From NCBI GenBank assembly GCA_015075515.1, contig JABTUE010000002.1:777088-841087 (forward strand): 64,000 bases of DNA. Reading direction: 5' to 3'. The position numbers were made by a program, and so were the translations under genes. Shown one piece after another: positions 9,443 to 18,487 of this stretch; position 1 is the first letter of the stretch, and each line of letters starts with the position of its first letter. Below the pieces are notes generated by a model that saw only the letters and a program-made list of their open reading frames with translations, was not told the origin of the DNA and searched no databases. The stretch comes from Planctomycetota bacterium (GTDB lineage: Bacteria; Planctomycetota; UBA8742; UBA2392).

Positions 9443-10423
9443 ATGAGCAAACCGCTTACGTTCGTCGAAGCCATCAGCGAGGGCCTGCGCGAAGAAATGC
9501 AGCGCGACCCCGACGTGTTCTGCCTGGGCCAGGACATCGGCGTGTACGGCGGCGCGTTCGGCGTGACCAAGGGTTTGCTGGACGAGTTCGGCAAAGACCG
9601 TGTCTGGGACACACCGCTGTCTGAAACCGCCATTATCGGCAACGCCATCGGCGCGGCGCTGTACGGGCTGCGTCCCGTGGCCGAAATGCAGTTTGCCGAC
9701 TTCGTCGCCTGCGGCTTCAACCAACTGGTGAACAACGCCGCCAAACTGCACTATCGCTGGGGCCCCAACGTACCCATGACCGTGCGCCTGCCCTGGGGCG
9801 GCGGCGTGTCCGGCGGGCCGTTCCACAGCGGCTGCATGGAAGCCTGGTTTCTGAATGTCCCCGGCCTGAAGCTGATCTGCCCCAGCACCCCGCGCGACGC
9901 CAAGGCCGCGATCAAGACCGCGATCCGCGACGACAACCCGGTGCTGTATTTCGAGCACAAGCACCTGTACCGCGACCCCAAACTGCGCGAAGTGGTGGGC
10001 GACGTCGAGCCACTGGAATTCGGCAAGGCCCGCATCGCCCGCGATGGCAAACACGCCAGCGTGATCACCTTCGGCATCATGGTGCATTACGCGGTCAAGG
10101 CCGCCGACGAACTGGCCAAAGAAGGCATCGAGGTTGAAGTGCTCGACCTGCGCTCGCTGCGCCCCTATGACACGGAAGCGATTCGCGCCACGGTGGCCAA
10201 AACCAACCGTGTGCTGGTGCTGAACGAAGCCACACTGATGGGCAGCGTGGCCGGCGAGTACGCCAGCTTTGTCAGCGAGCACTGCTTTGAAGACCTCGAC
10301 GCGCCGGTCATGCGCATGGGCGCGCTGGAAACGCCCATTCCCTACGCGCCCGAGCTTGAGCACGAAATGCTGCCCAACGCGGACAAGATCGCGGCGGCAC
10401 TGCGCAAGCTGGTGGCGTATTAG
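9443..10423 (+). CDS. 2-oxoacid (pyruvate/acetoin/branched-chain) dehydrogenase E1 component beta subunit
   Basis: 326 aa. Transketolase-like pyrimidine-binding domain plus a C-terminal domain (…FCLGQDIGVYGGAFGVTKGL…PWGGGVSGGPFHS…). No alpha subunit is adjacent. The TAG stop lies inside the first bases of a repeat element. Confidence 0.85.
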   Translation: MSKPLTFVEAISEGLREEMQRDPDVFCLGQDIGVYGGAFGVTKGLLDEFGKDRVWDTPLSETAIIGNAIGAALYGLRPVAEMQFADFVACGFNQLVNNAAKLHYRWGPNVPMTVRLPWGGGVSGGPFHSGCMEAWFLNVPGLKLICPSTPRDAKAAIKTAIRDDNPVLYFEHKHLYRDPKLREVVGDVEPLEFGKARIARDGKHASVITFGIMVHYAVKAADELAKEGIEVEVLDLRSLRPYDTEAIRATVAKTNRVLVLNEATLMGSVAGEYASFVSEHCFEDLDAPVMRMGALETPIPYAPELEHEMLPNADKIAAALRKLVAY

Positions 10424-10584
10424 AGCATTTTCATGGTTCGTCTTCAGGCTTCCGCTTGCGGCGGGCGTCGCATCCCTGCGTCGCGCTCGCCCATGGCCGT
10501 CAGCCACTGCGCTCGCGCTCCTTGGTCTGCTTGCCCGGCGCGGCGCGGAATCTCTGCATACAAACCATGAAAAAGCTCTAGAGC
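10421..10584. mobile_element. MITE/REP-like interspersed repeat, copy 1 (~164 bp, imperfect terminal inverted repeats)
   Basis: Near-identical to 30337–30503 over both arms (TAGAGCATTTTCATGG…GCTTCCGCTTGCGGCGGGCGTCGCATCCCTGCGTCGCGCTC…GCGCTCGCGCTCCTTGGTCTGCTTGCCCGGCGCGGCGCGGAA…CTGCATACAAACC…AAAAAGCTC). The central ~25 bp is variable. Termini TAGAGCATTTTCATGG / CCATGAAAAAGCTCTAGAGC are inverted repeats. Confidence 0.6.
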
Positions 10585-10613
10585 CTGCCCGCGGCGGTTG
10601 CCGCCCGCGCCCG

Positions 10614-11066
10614 TCAACCCGCCAGATGCATGGCGATTTCCGCCACCACGCCGCTGCCCTTGACGCCCAGCAGTTCTTCCACCTCGGCCTGGGCCTTCTT
10701 CCAGCGCGGCAAAGCTTCGGCCACAAGGCGCAACCCCCGGGGCGTGATACCCAGTTCGCCGCGCCTGGCGGTCTTGCTGATCCAGCCGTTGCGTGCCATG
10801 CGGTCGAGGTTGCGTGACAGGGTGCTCTTGTCAATCTTCAGGATGTTGCCGATGTCCACCGGCCGCCGGCGCGGTGACAACTGCAACGCGCACAGAATGC
10901 TCAACTGCGCGCCGGTAAGGCCCAGCGGCCGCAACGCGTCGTCATAGTGCGCCGTCACCAGCCGGTTCATCATGCGCACGCGCCAGCCCAGGCACGACTG
11001 CGCAATCGTGCGCGCCGCCGCCAGGGAACGCCGTGCCAGACCCCCGGATTGCACTTGTACCGTCAT
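10614..11066 (-). CDS. MarR family transcriptional regulator
   Basis: MarR winged-HTH (…LGLTGAQLSILCALQLSPRRRPVDIGNILKIDKSTLSRNLDRMARNGWISK…). The ORF track extends to 11273. The ATG at 11066 gives a typical ~150-aa MarR. Confidence 0.72.
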   Translation of the reverse strand: MTVQVQSGGLARRSLAAARTIAQSCLGWRVRMMNRLVTAHYDDALRPLGLTGAQLSILCALQLSPRRRPVDIGNILKIDKSTLSRNLDRMARNGWISKTARRGELGITPRGLRLVAEALPRWKKAQAEVEELLGVKGSGVVAEIAMHLAG

Positions 11067-11298
11067 GATCCCAGTGTGCCGTGGCCCGTGGCCCGCTGGC
11101 AAGGCAAACCGGGGGGCAGAAAAAGCGACGCGGGCCGCCTGAGGAGGGCGACCCGCGCCAAAACACCGTTGCCGGGGGAGGCACATTTCAACAGATACCT
11201 GTCGAAACTTTGGAGGAGGACAATTCCCCAGCCACGGCAAGACTACTGTATAACGTGCAAACGAAGCCGACAAGCAAAGGTTTTTTCAGGTTGTATCC

Positions 11299-12138
11299 AT
11301 GACGCAAACCCCGGACGGATCGTTCCTTACAAAACTTGCCCAGATTGCCGCCGAAGTGCACTTGCGGCACTTTGACAAACTGGACCCCGACGCCGTTGAC
11401 CTCAAGCGCCGGCGCGACCTGCTGACCGTCGCCGACAGCGAAACCGAGGCCGCCCTGATCGCCGCGATCAGGGGAGCCTTTCCCGGCCATGACATTCTGG
11501 CCGAGGAATCCGGCGCGCACGTCACCGGCGCCGAGTGGTGCTGGATCATTGATCCCGTGGACGGCACCACCAACTTCGCGCGCGGGTTTCCCGTGTTCGC
11601 GGCCAGTGTCGCGTTGTGCCGCCGTGGCCGGCCGGTGCTGGGCCTGGTCGAGGCGCCCTGTCTGCGGGAAACCTTCACAGCCGAACTGGGCGCCGGTGCA
11701 TGGCTCAACGGCCGGCGCCTGGGTGTCAGCCGCACGCCCGACCTCCACCACGCGCTTCTGGCCACCGGATTTTCCTACGTGCGCAACGAAGTGCAGCGCA
11801 ACAACGTGGACAACTTCGGCAAACTGGTGCTGATGTGCCACGACATCCGCCGCGCCGGCAGCGCCAGTATGGATCTGGCCTATGTGGCCGCCGGGCGCTT
11901 TGACGGCTACTGGGAGGCCTACCTGAAGCCCTGGGATGTCGCCGCCGGGGCACTGCTGGTGCGCGAGGCCGGCGGCATGGTCACGGACTTTGCCGGGGGC
12001 CAGGACTGGCTGTTTGGCGAAAACGCGGTGGCAAGCAACGGCCTGATCCACCAGGCCCTGCGCGCCGAACTGTCCGGAACCGAACCGGGGTATCAACCCT
12101 GGGGCCGCGACTTGGAGAGGCGCATGCTGGGCGCCTAG
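11299..12138 (+). CDS. inositol monophosphatase family protein (SuhB-like)
   Basis: 279 aa. IMPase motifs WIIDPVDGTTNF and …DFAGG… with the metal-binding DPxDGT. Confidence 0.8.
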   Translation: MTQTPDGSFLTKLAQIAAEVHLRHFDKLDPDAVDLKRRRDLLTVADSETEAALIAAIRGAFPGHDILAEESGAHVTGAEWCWIIDPVDGTTNFARGFPVFAASVALCRRGRPVLGLVEAPCLRETFTAELGAGAWLNGRRLGVSRTPDLHHALLATGFSYVRNEVQRNNVDNFGKLVLMCHDIRRAGSASMDLAYVAAGRFDGYWEAYLKPWDVAAGALLVREAGGMVTDFAGGQDWLFGENAVASNGLIHQALRAELSGTEPGYQPWGRDLERRMLGA

Positions 12139-12680
12139 GCCAATGCAGCGCCGATGGCAGCCAACAAACCCTTGGGGCCAATGGGTTTGCGCAGCACGCC
12201 ACAGGCGCCATGCAGCAGGAACGTTTGCAACACGTTGCTGTCAACATCGCAAGGGGCCATGACCAGCAGCTTGGTCGCGGCCGCGACCGGGCGTGACCGC
12301 AACTCTTCGATCAGCACCGCGCCGTTATCGGGCCCCAGGTTCCAGTCCATCAATACCAGATCGAACGTGCCGGCGCGCAGCCGGGCACGGGCCTGGTAAA
12401 GATTGGCCGCGCTGAGGGCGTGGTAATCGGCCTGTTCCAGTGTGTCCAGAACCCGCAGCGCCATGTCGTCGTTGGCGGCCACCACCAGCACACGCGGACG
12501 CGAGGTTTCCACCCGCATTTCGTGGGCCAGCATCGCCAGTTCGTGGCTGCGGGTGGCCCAACTGCGCCGGCGCGCGACCAGACGGGGCCGGTGAGGCTTG
12601 GTGGCATCCGGGCTGGTGACACGTTTCAGGCCAGTACCAACGCTGTTCGTTGTGTTGCCGCTGTGAATGGGATCGCCCAT
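12135..12680 (-). CDS. single-domain response regulator (CheY-like receiver), N-terminally extended
   Basis: Receiver fold with phospho-acceptor Asp in LVLMDWNLG and conserved Lys (LRKP). The start is uncertain: ATGs at 12680, 12533 and 12518 are all in frame. Confidence 0.6.
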   Translation of the reverse strand: MGDPIHSGNTTNSVGTGLKRVTSPDATKPHRPRLVARRRSWATRSHELAMLAHEMRVETSRPRVLVVAANDDMALRVLDTLEQADYHALSAANLYQARARLRAGTFDLVLMDWNLGPDNGAVLIEELRSRPVAAATKLLVMAPCDVDSNVLQTFLLHGACGVLRKPIGPKGLLAAIGAALA

Positions 12681-12894
12681 GACCTGCCCCCGTCTGAACC
12701 CGCACCCGTGTCGGCGCACTGCGCCGGTTGGGGGTAGATGTCCGCCGACGGGTGGCCGGTTGCCGAAAAACTCACTTTTTTGCAGGGAAAACCGGCGGCA
12801 ACCGGACAATTTTTTTGCAACCAAAATCCGCCGACCGGACACTAACCGGTAAACGCGCCACGGTGCGGGGCGCACAACAAGTAAGGGGGCAAAC

Positions 12895-13257
12895 ATGCCG
12901 TCGTATCAAACGCTTGTGTTTCGGGCATCGGAGTGGCTTGAAGTGTATGACTCGGCCAATCAGACACTGATCCTCGAGGCCAAGGGTTCGGGTGAAGATC
13001 TGTGCCTGCTGGAGGTCTGGCCTATCGCGGGCACGGACCCTGTCCAGTATGAGTACCGCTGCATGAGCACGGGCTGTAACGGCACCTGCGAACTCAAGCG
13101 CACGGTGACACCTGCGGGCACCAAGTACTGGTGTGATTGTCCGGGCGGCGGCGGTTTTCGCATGGCCAGCGCGACGACCACCAAGTCCAAGACGGGGAAG
13201 GGCAAGGCAAAGGGGAAGGCAAAGGGCAAAGGAAAAGCAAAGGCCAAGAAGCGCTGA
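12895..13257 (+). CDS. small cysteine-rich hypothetical protein with lysine-rich (KGKAKGK…) C-terminal tail
   Basis: 120 aa. Strong Shine-Dalgarno (AAGGGGG) 6 nt upstream of the ATG. Six Cys residues (…CMSTGCNGTC…WCDCPGGGG). C-terminal tail KSKTGKGKAKGKAKGKGKAKAKKR. Confidence 0.5.
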   Translation: MPSYQTLVFRASEWLEVYDSANQTLILEAKGSGEDLCLLEVWPIAGTDPVQYEYRCMSTGCNGTCELKRTVTPAGTKYWCDCPGGGGFRMASATTTKSKTGKGKAKGKAKGKGKAKAKKR

Positions 13258-13318
13258 TGCGTGATTGAGCCGGCGGCCGCGTTCCGCTAAAGTGCACTGA
13301 CTGCACTGGATCGCAACC

Positions 13319-14743
13319 GTGAGCCCACTCGATCGTATGGATGCCATGTGTTCCCGGCGCGCCTGGGGGCTGGCCTTTCAGCTGGTCCGAAACGCCGCCG
13401 ACGCCGAAGACGTGGTACAGCAGGCATTTCTGGTTGTCATGCGCCGCGGCGTGCAGACCACGGCTGATCCTTGGCCGTGGTTTGCCGCCATTGTGGCCAA
13501 CTGCGCGCGCAATCACCGGCGCGCCCGGTCGCGACGGCTGGCAAGGGAGTCAACACTGGAACACCGCGAAACATTGGCCGGTCCGCCAGTCACCCCGCTC
13601 GAACACGCCGAGCTGCAGGCCCTGGTGCACGACGCCCTGGGCCAGCTTCCCGACGACGAACGAGAGGCCGTGGTGCTGTGCTATTTCGCCGGCCTGACCC
13701 AGAGCCAGGCCTCGGAAGCCACGGGCACGAACCTGAACACGTTCAAGGGTCGCGTGCAGCGCGCGCTGGATCACCTGCGCCGGCGGCTGGCCTCGCGCTC
13801 GCATTCGGTGGAAGCGTACCTGGCGGCGCTGGCCGTTCCGCCGCCGACAGGCGGCTACGAGGCCGCGCTGCGGCGCTGGCGCGAGGGCGCGCTGGCGGCG
13901 CCGGCGGTCGGCACGTCACTGGCCACATTGCTGGGCGCCGCGGCGGCGTTGTCCCTGCCGGCGATGGTGCTGGCGGGCTGGGCCCTGTTGCCCGCGAATG
14001 AAGCCGGTCTTGCGGCGCGCCCCGTGCTGGCGGCCGTGCCAACCCTGACCGCAGAAGCCGAAACCGGCCGCGACGCGGGCCGCCCGGCGACATCGGCCCC
14101 CGCTGTCAACCCGGCCACAGATCGGCCGACGGCCCCGGCAGCGGCAGCCAGAGCCGCGGCGCCGATCAAGTCATCTGCCCCGGCGGATCGCCTTGACCCG
14201 CCGGGCCCCAACCCGGTGGGCAGCCTGCAAGTCAGAACGTCGTTCTACGAAACCGGTGAACGGTACATGCAGTGGACGGAACTGGTCACGGCCTCAGGCC
14301 CCCTGCGCCGGGGCCCGTTCACGGCCTATCACCAGACCGGGCTTGTGCTCGAAACCGGAAGTTTCCATGACGGCCGGCCGACCGGAACCTGGGAACGCTA
14401 CTATGACAACGGCGCCCTCAAGTCGCGCTGGCACTACGATTCCGGGCGCCAGGTCGGCGACTTGTTGACGTTTTACGAAGACGGCACGCCCGAAAACATC
14501 GGCCACTACGAAGCCGATATGCGCACTGGCCAATGGCGCAGCTTCCACCGCAACGGCCAGTTGCGCCAGATCAAGCATTACCTGGCCGACAAACTGCACG
14601 GCACACAGACCAACTACGACGAACAGGGGCGCAAGCGCCGCGAATCCCATTGGCGCCACAACGTGCCCGTCGGCACCGAACTCGTTTTTGACGAGCACGG
14701 CAACACGGTCGAGACCATCCACCACACCGCAACCGGCGGATAG
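13319..14743 (+). CDS. ECF-type sigma-70 factor fused to a transmembrane helix and C-terminal MORN-repeat domain
   Basis: 474 aa. Sigma region 2 (LAFQLVRNAADAEDVVQQAFLVV) and region 4 (LPDDEREAVVLCYFAGLTQSQASEATG…). A transmembrane segment (LATLLGAAAALSLPAMVLAGWALL), an Ala/Pro-rich linker, and MORN-variant repeats (YHQTGLVLETGSFHDGRPTGTWERYYDNGALKSRWHY…). Confidence 0.65.
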   Translation: MSPLDRMDAMCSRRAWGLAFQLVRNAADAEDVVQQAFLVVMRRGVQTTADPWPWFAAIVANCARNHRRARSRRLARESTLEHRETLAGPPVTPLEHAELQALVHDALGQLPDDEREAVVLCYFAGLTQSQASEATGTNLNTFKGRVQRALDHLRRRLASRSHSVEAYLAALAVPPPTGGYEAALRRWREGALAAPAVGTSLATLLGAAAALSLPAMVLAGWALLPANEAGLAARPVLAAVPTLTAEAETGRDAGRPATSAPAVNPATDRPTAPAAAARAAAPIKSSAPADRLDPPGPNPVGSLQVRTSFYETGERYMQWTELVTASGPLRRGPFTAYHQTGLVLETGSFHDGRPTGTWERYYDNGALKSRWHYDSGRQVGDLLTFYEDGTPENIGHYEADMRTGQWRSFHRNGQLRQIKHYLADKLHGTQTNYDEQGRKRRESHWRHNVPVGTELVFDEHGNTVETIHHTATGG

Positions 14744-14845
14744 CCCGGCCGGGGCAAAAGCCGCGATTGGAGCCTACCCACTTCCCTTGCAGCCTCAGGG
14801 GCGCCTATCATCACACGCGCTCAGGCATTTTCCGGAAAGGAACTC

Positions 14846-15457
14846 ATGAACCGCATCAGGCGATTGCCCCGGTGGGCGCTGGCCCTGTTTGTGCTGCTGT
14901 TGGCGCTGGTGCTGGGCATCAGTGTAACCACGCCGCGCACCGCGCCCAAAGAAATGTACGTGGCCGTCATGGAAGACAGCACCGACGCCGCGGTCACCAA
15001 GACACCCGACCGTTTCGGCGAAGTGCTGGCCGTGGTCAAGTTCAACGAAAAGGTCGAAATCATCCGCGACCTGTGGGAAGACAAGGACAACCCGCGCCCG
15101 TACTTCCACATCAAGGTTCGCGGGGTCAAGGGTTACATCAAGCGCAACGCCCTGGCTGAAAAGAGCCAGTACCAGGGTGACCCCAAAGACGCCGAGGCCA
15201 AAGTCGCCGTCGGCGCCGCCGGCGCGAACACCGCCGCCAAGGGTCTGAACAGCCAGAACGAAGCCACGCTGCGCAAGAACGACCCGAACTTTGACAAGGC
15301 CGTGTCCCAGGTGGACGCGACCGAGGCCGCGGTCAACGAACTGATCTACGGCTCGCCCAAAGACGTGGATGCGCGCAAGGGACTGGACAGCTACCGCGCC
15401 TGGGGCGACGAGGGCCAGAACATCGCCAAAGAAACCTCAAGCGGGGGGGGCCAATAA
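14846..15457 (+). CDS. membrane-anchored hypothetical protein with SH3b-like domain
   Basis: 203 aa. N-terminal transmembrane/signal anchor (WALALFVLLLALVLGI). The stop abuts the start of the M48 peptidase gene. Confidence 0.5.
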   Translation: MNRIRRLPRWALALFVLLLALVLGISVTTPRTAPKEMYVAVMEDSTDAAVTKTPDRFGEVLAVVKFNEKVEIIRDLWEDKDNPRPYFHIKVRGVKGYIKRNALAEKSQYQGDPKDAEAKVAVGAAGANTAAKGLNSQNEATLRKNDPNFDKAVSQVDATEAAVNELIYGSPKDVDARKGLDSYRAWGDEGQNIAKETSSGGGQ

Positions 15458-15458
15458 C

Positions 15459-16520
15459 ATGACAACCCTGCGCGTATTACGCCGGATTCTGGGCGGGGCT
15501 TTCCTGTGTCTTGCGCTGGCCGCCATTGGCGGGTGCATCAGTGTCGGCTTTTCGGGCAACATCGGCGGCGGCGTGGGCAAGGTGTTCGGCAGCGCCAGCT
15601 CCGTGGCCCGCGGCGTGAACTTTGCCGTCGGCCTGACCAGCAGAAACTGGTTCCGGTACACCGGCTACTTCTACCACGTGGGCGTCTACAGCGGTGTCAG
15701 CCCGGGCCGGTATCTGGCCACTTCAATCCGCGAGAGCATGGAACAGGGCGAAGCCCCCGAGGAATTCTCGCCCGAACAGCAGTACTACATCGGCCGCGGC
15801 GTGTCGGCTTCGCTGGTCAACGAGTTCAAGGCCGCCAACCTGGCTGACCCCAGGATCAAGGCCCAGTTGAAGTATCTCAACCAGATGGCCGGCTTCATCA
15901 ACGTAAGCGCCCCCGACGGCGCGGGTTTGTGGGCGGGCATCCACGTCGGCATTCTGGAATCACCCAAGGTCGGGGCCTATGCCACGCCGGGCGGCTTCAT
16001 CTGGGTCACGCGCGGCGCGCTGGATCTGGTGCAGACCGAGGACGAACTGGCGGCCCTGATCTGCCACGAACTGGGCCACGTCGCCAAAGAACACGCGATC
16101 AAGGCCTACGTCAAGGACGGCGGCGGCAAGGTCAAGCCCAACCCGTTCATCAAGAACCTGGGCATGCTCACGCCGTTTCCGCGTTACACCGGCCAGTATT
16201 TCGGCAGCCTGGCCGAGCGCATCGCCAACAACAAGTACGGCAAAGACCAGGAACTGGAAGCCGACCGCTGGGCCGCGGCGTCGCTGCAGCTTGCGGGCTA
16301 TGACAGCCGCGCGCTGATCCGCCTGCTCAACCGCGTGGACGCCTGGGAGAAGAAAAACCCGGACCGCGGGGCCTACCTGGCCAACCACCCGCCCGTCGAG
16401 GATCGGATCAGCGAAGTTGAAAGCTTCATGAAGAAGCACAATGAGGTGTTCCAGCTCAAGGTCAGTGCCGAAGCCACCAGCCGCCGCAACGCGCGGTTCA
16501 AGCTGGTGTTCGGGCGCTGA
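15459..16520 (+). CDS. M48 family metallopeptidase (lipoprotein)
   Basis: HExxH motif HELGHVAKEH and a lipobox signal (LCLALAAIGGC). The ATG at 15459 lies immediately after the upstream stop. The ORF track starts earlier, at 15369. Confidence 0.8.
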   Translation: MTTLRVLRRILGGAFLCLALAAIGGCISVGFSGNIGGGVGKVFGSASSVARGVNFAVGLTSRNWFRYTGYFYHVGVYSGVSPGRYLATSIRESMEQGEAPEEFSPEQQYYIGRGVSASLVNEFKAANLADPRIKAQLKYLNQMAGFINVSAPDGAGLWAGIHVGILESPKVGAYATPGGFIWVTRGALDLVQTEDELAALICHELGHVAKEHAIKAYVKDGGGKVKPNPFIKNLGMLTPFPRYTGQYFGSLAERIANNKYGKDQELEADRWAAASLQLAGYDSRALIRLLNRVDAWEKKNPDRGAYLANHPPVEDRISEVESFMKKHNEVFQLKVSAEATSRRNARFKLVFGR

Positions 16521-16579
16521 CGCAAGCCCGTGCCGCGAGCCCCGCGCAAACGGGGCCCGCGGCGGCCCCGGCAGTCCTT

Positions 16580-18487
16580 TTGCTCTGCCGCGCCCGGGGT
16601 TATGCTGCTGGCATCGTGGGAGTGCCGCCCTTGCTGCGACAGGACCGTTCGCTGCAGGCCGAACTGGCCAGACCAATGCCCGAGCGTTACCGGCTTGCGG
16701 CGGCGCTGGCCCGCCGGGCCGCGCCGTTGGCCACCGCAGCCGCCGGCGACGCGCGCAAGGCCGCAACGCTGCTTGACGGCATTGAAGGCCCGGTGGACGA
16801 CCCCACCGACACCGAAGCTTTGGACGACGCGCTGGAACGCTGCGTGGACGCACTGGCCGCCGACCCGCACTGTGTGCGGGCCTGGGTATTTGCCGGGCGG
16901 CTGATGATCAGTTACGGGTTTCTGGAAGACTTCACGTACCACCCGCGCCCGCTGCGCGACGCGCTGAAGCTGCTGGAACGCGCGCGCGCACTGGCCCCCG
17001 GCGACGGCGACGCGTTTGAGGGACTGCTGCAGTGCGAACTGCTGCTGCGCCGCGACGAACAGGCGCACGAGCTGCTGGCTGAACTGCAGGCTTCCGGGCG
17101 TGACCCGTTTCTGCTGGGCGTGGGCCGCGGCATCTGGTTCTGGCTGCATGACAACTTCAAGCTGGCCGAAGAATGGTTTGAAAAAGCCGTCAAGGCCGCC
17201 CCCGAAGACGAACCCGAACGCCTGGGCTGGGCCCTGTGCTGGCTGGGCATGGCGCTGTGGCGCCAGGGCAACCTGCCGCTGGCCGACGCCCGCATGGGCG
17301 AAGGCGTGCTGCTGGGCCGCCCCCACCGCCTGAAGCTGCACCTGTGGAGCAAGCTCAAGCACGCGCGCGGGCGTTACGATGAGGCCTTTGAACTCAACCG
17401 CCGCAGTCTTACGTTCGGTCTGTTCGACGCCGCCCAGCGCTGGCGCCAGGAACTGCTGGTGTGGTTCCGGCGTCTGGGGTTTGTGCCCAGGGCACCGTTT
17501 TCCCTGCCCGAAGAAACACGCCGCAACATTGACGGGCCGTTCCGGTACGTGGGCAGCGATTTCGTCTACTCCGGCGACGCCGAATGCGCCCGCGACGATG
17601 ATGACGACGAGTTCGTGCCCGTGTTTCGCGTCAACCTGTTTCTCGAGGGCGAACACCTGCCCGTGGTCAGCGACATTGCCGACCCCGGCGCCAGCTTTGA
17701 GGGCCGCGCCAGACTGACCACCCGCGTGCTGGAGGCCAGGACGCTTGAAAAGCGCCCGCTGCAGCCCGGCGAGCGCTTCAAGCCCGGCCAGTACATCATG
17801 CGCGACGAGCGCGCCGGCACGGTGTTTCACGTGCTGCTGATGAAGCGCCACAACCTGCATGACCCCTACCTTGACCTGCCCGAAGACTCCCGCAGCGTGT
17901 TTGACCTTGACCGCACCGCCGTGCGGCGCTTTGAAAACGCGCCCTGGGATGTGCGTCTGATGCTGGTCGAGCACGGCTTTGACCCGCTGCTGGCGGCGCT
18001 TTCGGCCTGCAAGCTGTGCGACAGCTTTCTGCGCTTCGCCGGCGGCATCGGCGTGGACCTTGAGACCGGGCTTGCCGTCAGCGGCGGCGACTGGCGCAAC
18101 GAATCACCGGCCACGCTGGACATCCGCAAACATGTGATCGTGCGGGCGCGCCAAACGTCACCGGGCAGGTACTGGCTTCGCACCGCCGGATTGTGCAAGT
18201 TCCTGCGGCCGGAGCTTGAGGTCTGCGAACTGCCGCACGAACTGGTCGAGGGCGCGCGGTCGCTGCTGCTGGAAGCCGCAGCCGAGGCCGCGCAGGGCGA
18301 GATTCTGCGCGACGGCGACGTGGTGGGGTCCGCGCGCTGTCCGCTGCTGCTGCGCCCAAGCCGGCGCGGAACAGAAGACGCCGCCCCGCGCGTTGTGTAT
18401 GAACTGGTGGACGTCCATGCCGGCCGGGAACCCGTGGCTGCCGGCGCCACAAAGGGCATCCAGGCACTTCTGCACATTCACCGATAA
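16580..18487 (+). CDS. hypothetical protein (N-terminal TPR-like helical region, large uncharacterised C-terminal domain)
   Basis: 635-aa ORF with no recognisable catalytic motifs. The start is uncertain (possible internal ATG at ~16676). The stop overlaps the next gene's start (ATAATG). Confidence 0.5.
   Translation: MLCRARGYAAGIVGVPPLLRQDRSLQAELARPMPERYRLAAALARRAAPLATAAAGDARKAATLLDGIEGPVDDPTDTEALDDALERCVDALAADPHCVRAWVFAGRLMISYGFLEDFTYHPRPLRDALKLLERARALAPGDGDAFEGLLQCELLLRRDEQAHELLAELQASGRDPFLLGVGRGIWFWLHDNFKLAEEWFEKAVKAAPEDEPERLGWALCWLGMALWRQGNLPLADARMGEGVLLGRPHRLKLHLWSKLKHARGRYDEAFELNRRSLTFGLFDAAQRWRQELLVWFRRLGFVPRAPFSLPEETRRNIDGPFRYVGSDFVYSGDAECARDDDDDEFVPVFRVNLFLEGEHLPVVSDIADPGASFEGRARLTTRVLEARTLEKRPLQPGERFKPGQYIMRDERAGTVFHVLLMKRHNLHDPYLDLPEDSRSVFDLDRTAVRRFENAPWDVRLMLVEHGFDPLLAALSACKLCDSFLRFAGGIGVDLETGLAVSGGDWRNESPATLDIRKHVIVRARQTSPGRYWLRTAGLCKFLRPELEVCELPHELVEGARSLLLEAAAEAAQGEILRDGDVVGSARCPLLLRPSRRGTEDAAPRVVYELVDVHAGREPVAAGATKGIQALLHIHR

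Noticed and set aside
9428-10834. 468-aa minus-strand ORF, and the 182-aa plus ORF at 10269–10817
   Set aside because: Both run through the E1-beta gene, the repeat element and the MarR gene in the wrong frame or strand. Neither has coding-like features.
12760-12825. Two TTTTTTGCA motifs examined as possible sigma-54 -12 elements
   Set aside because: No GG dinucleotide sits at the required -24 spacing (off by one or absent). They are kept only as a direct-repeat note under the small Cys-rich protein finding.
16373-17974. 533-aa minus-strand ORF
   Set aside because: It is antisense to the 16580–18487 gene. It is Gly/Ala/Arg-rich.
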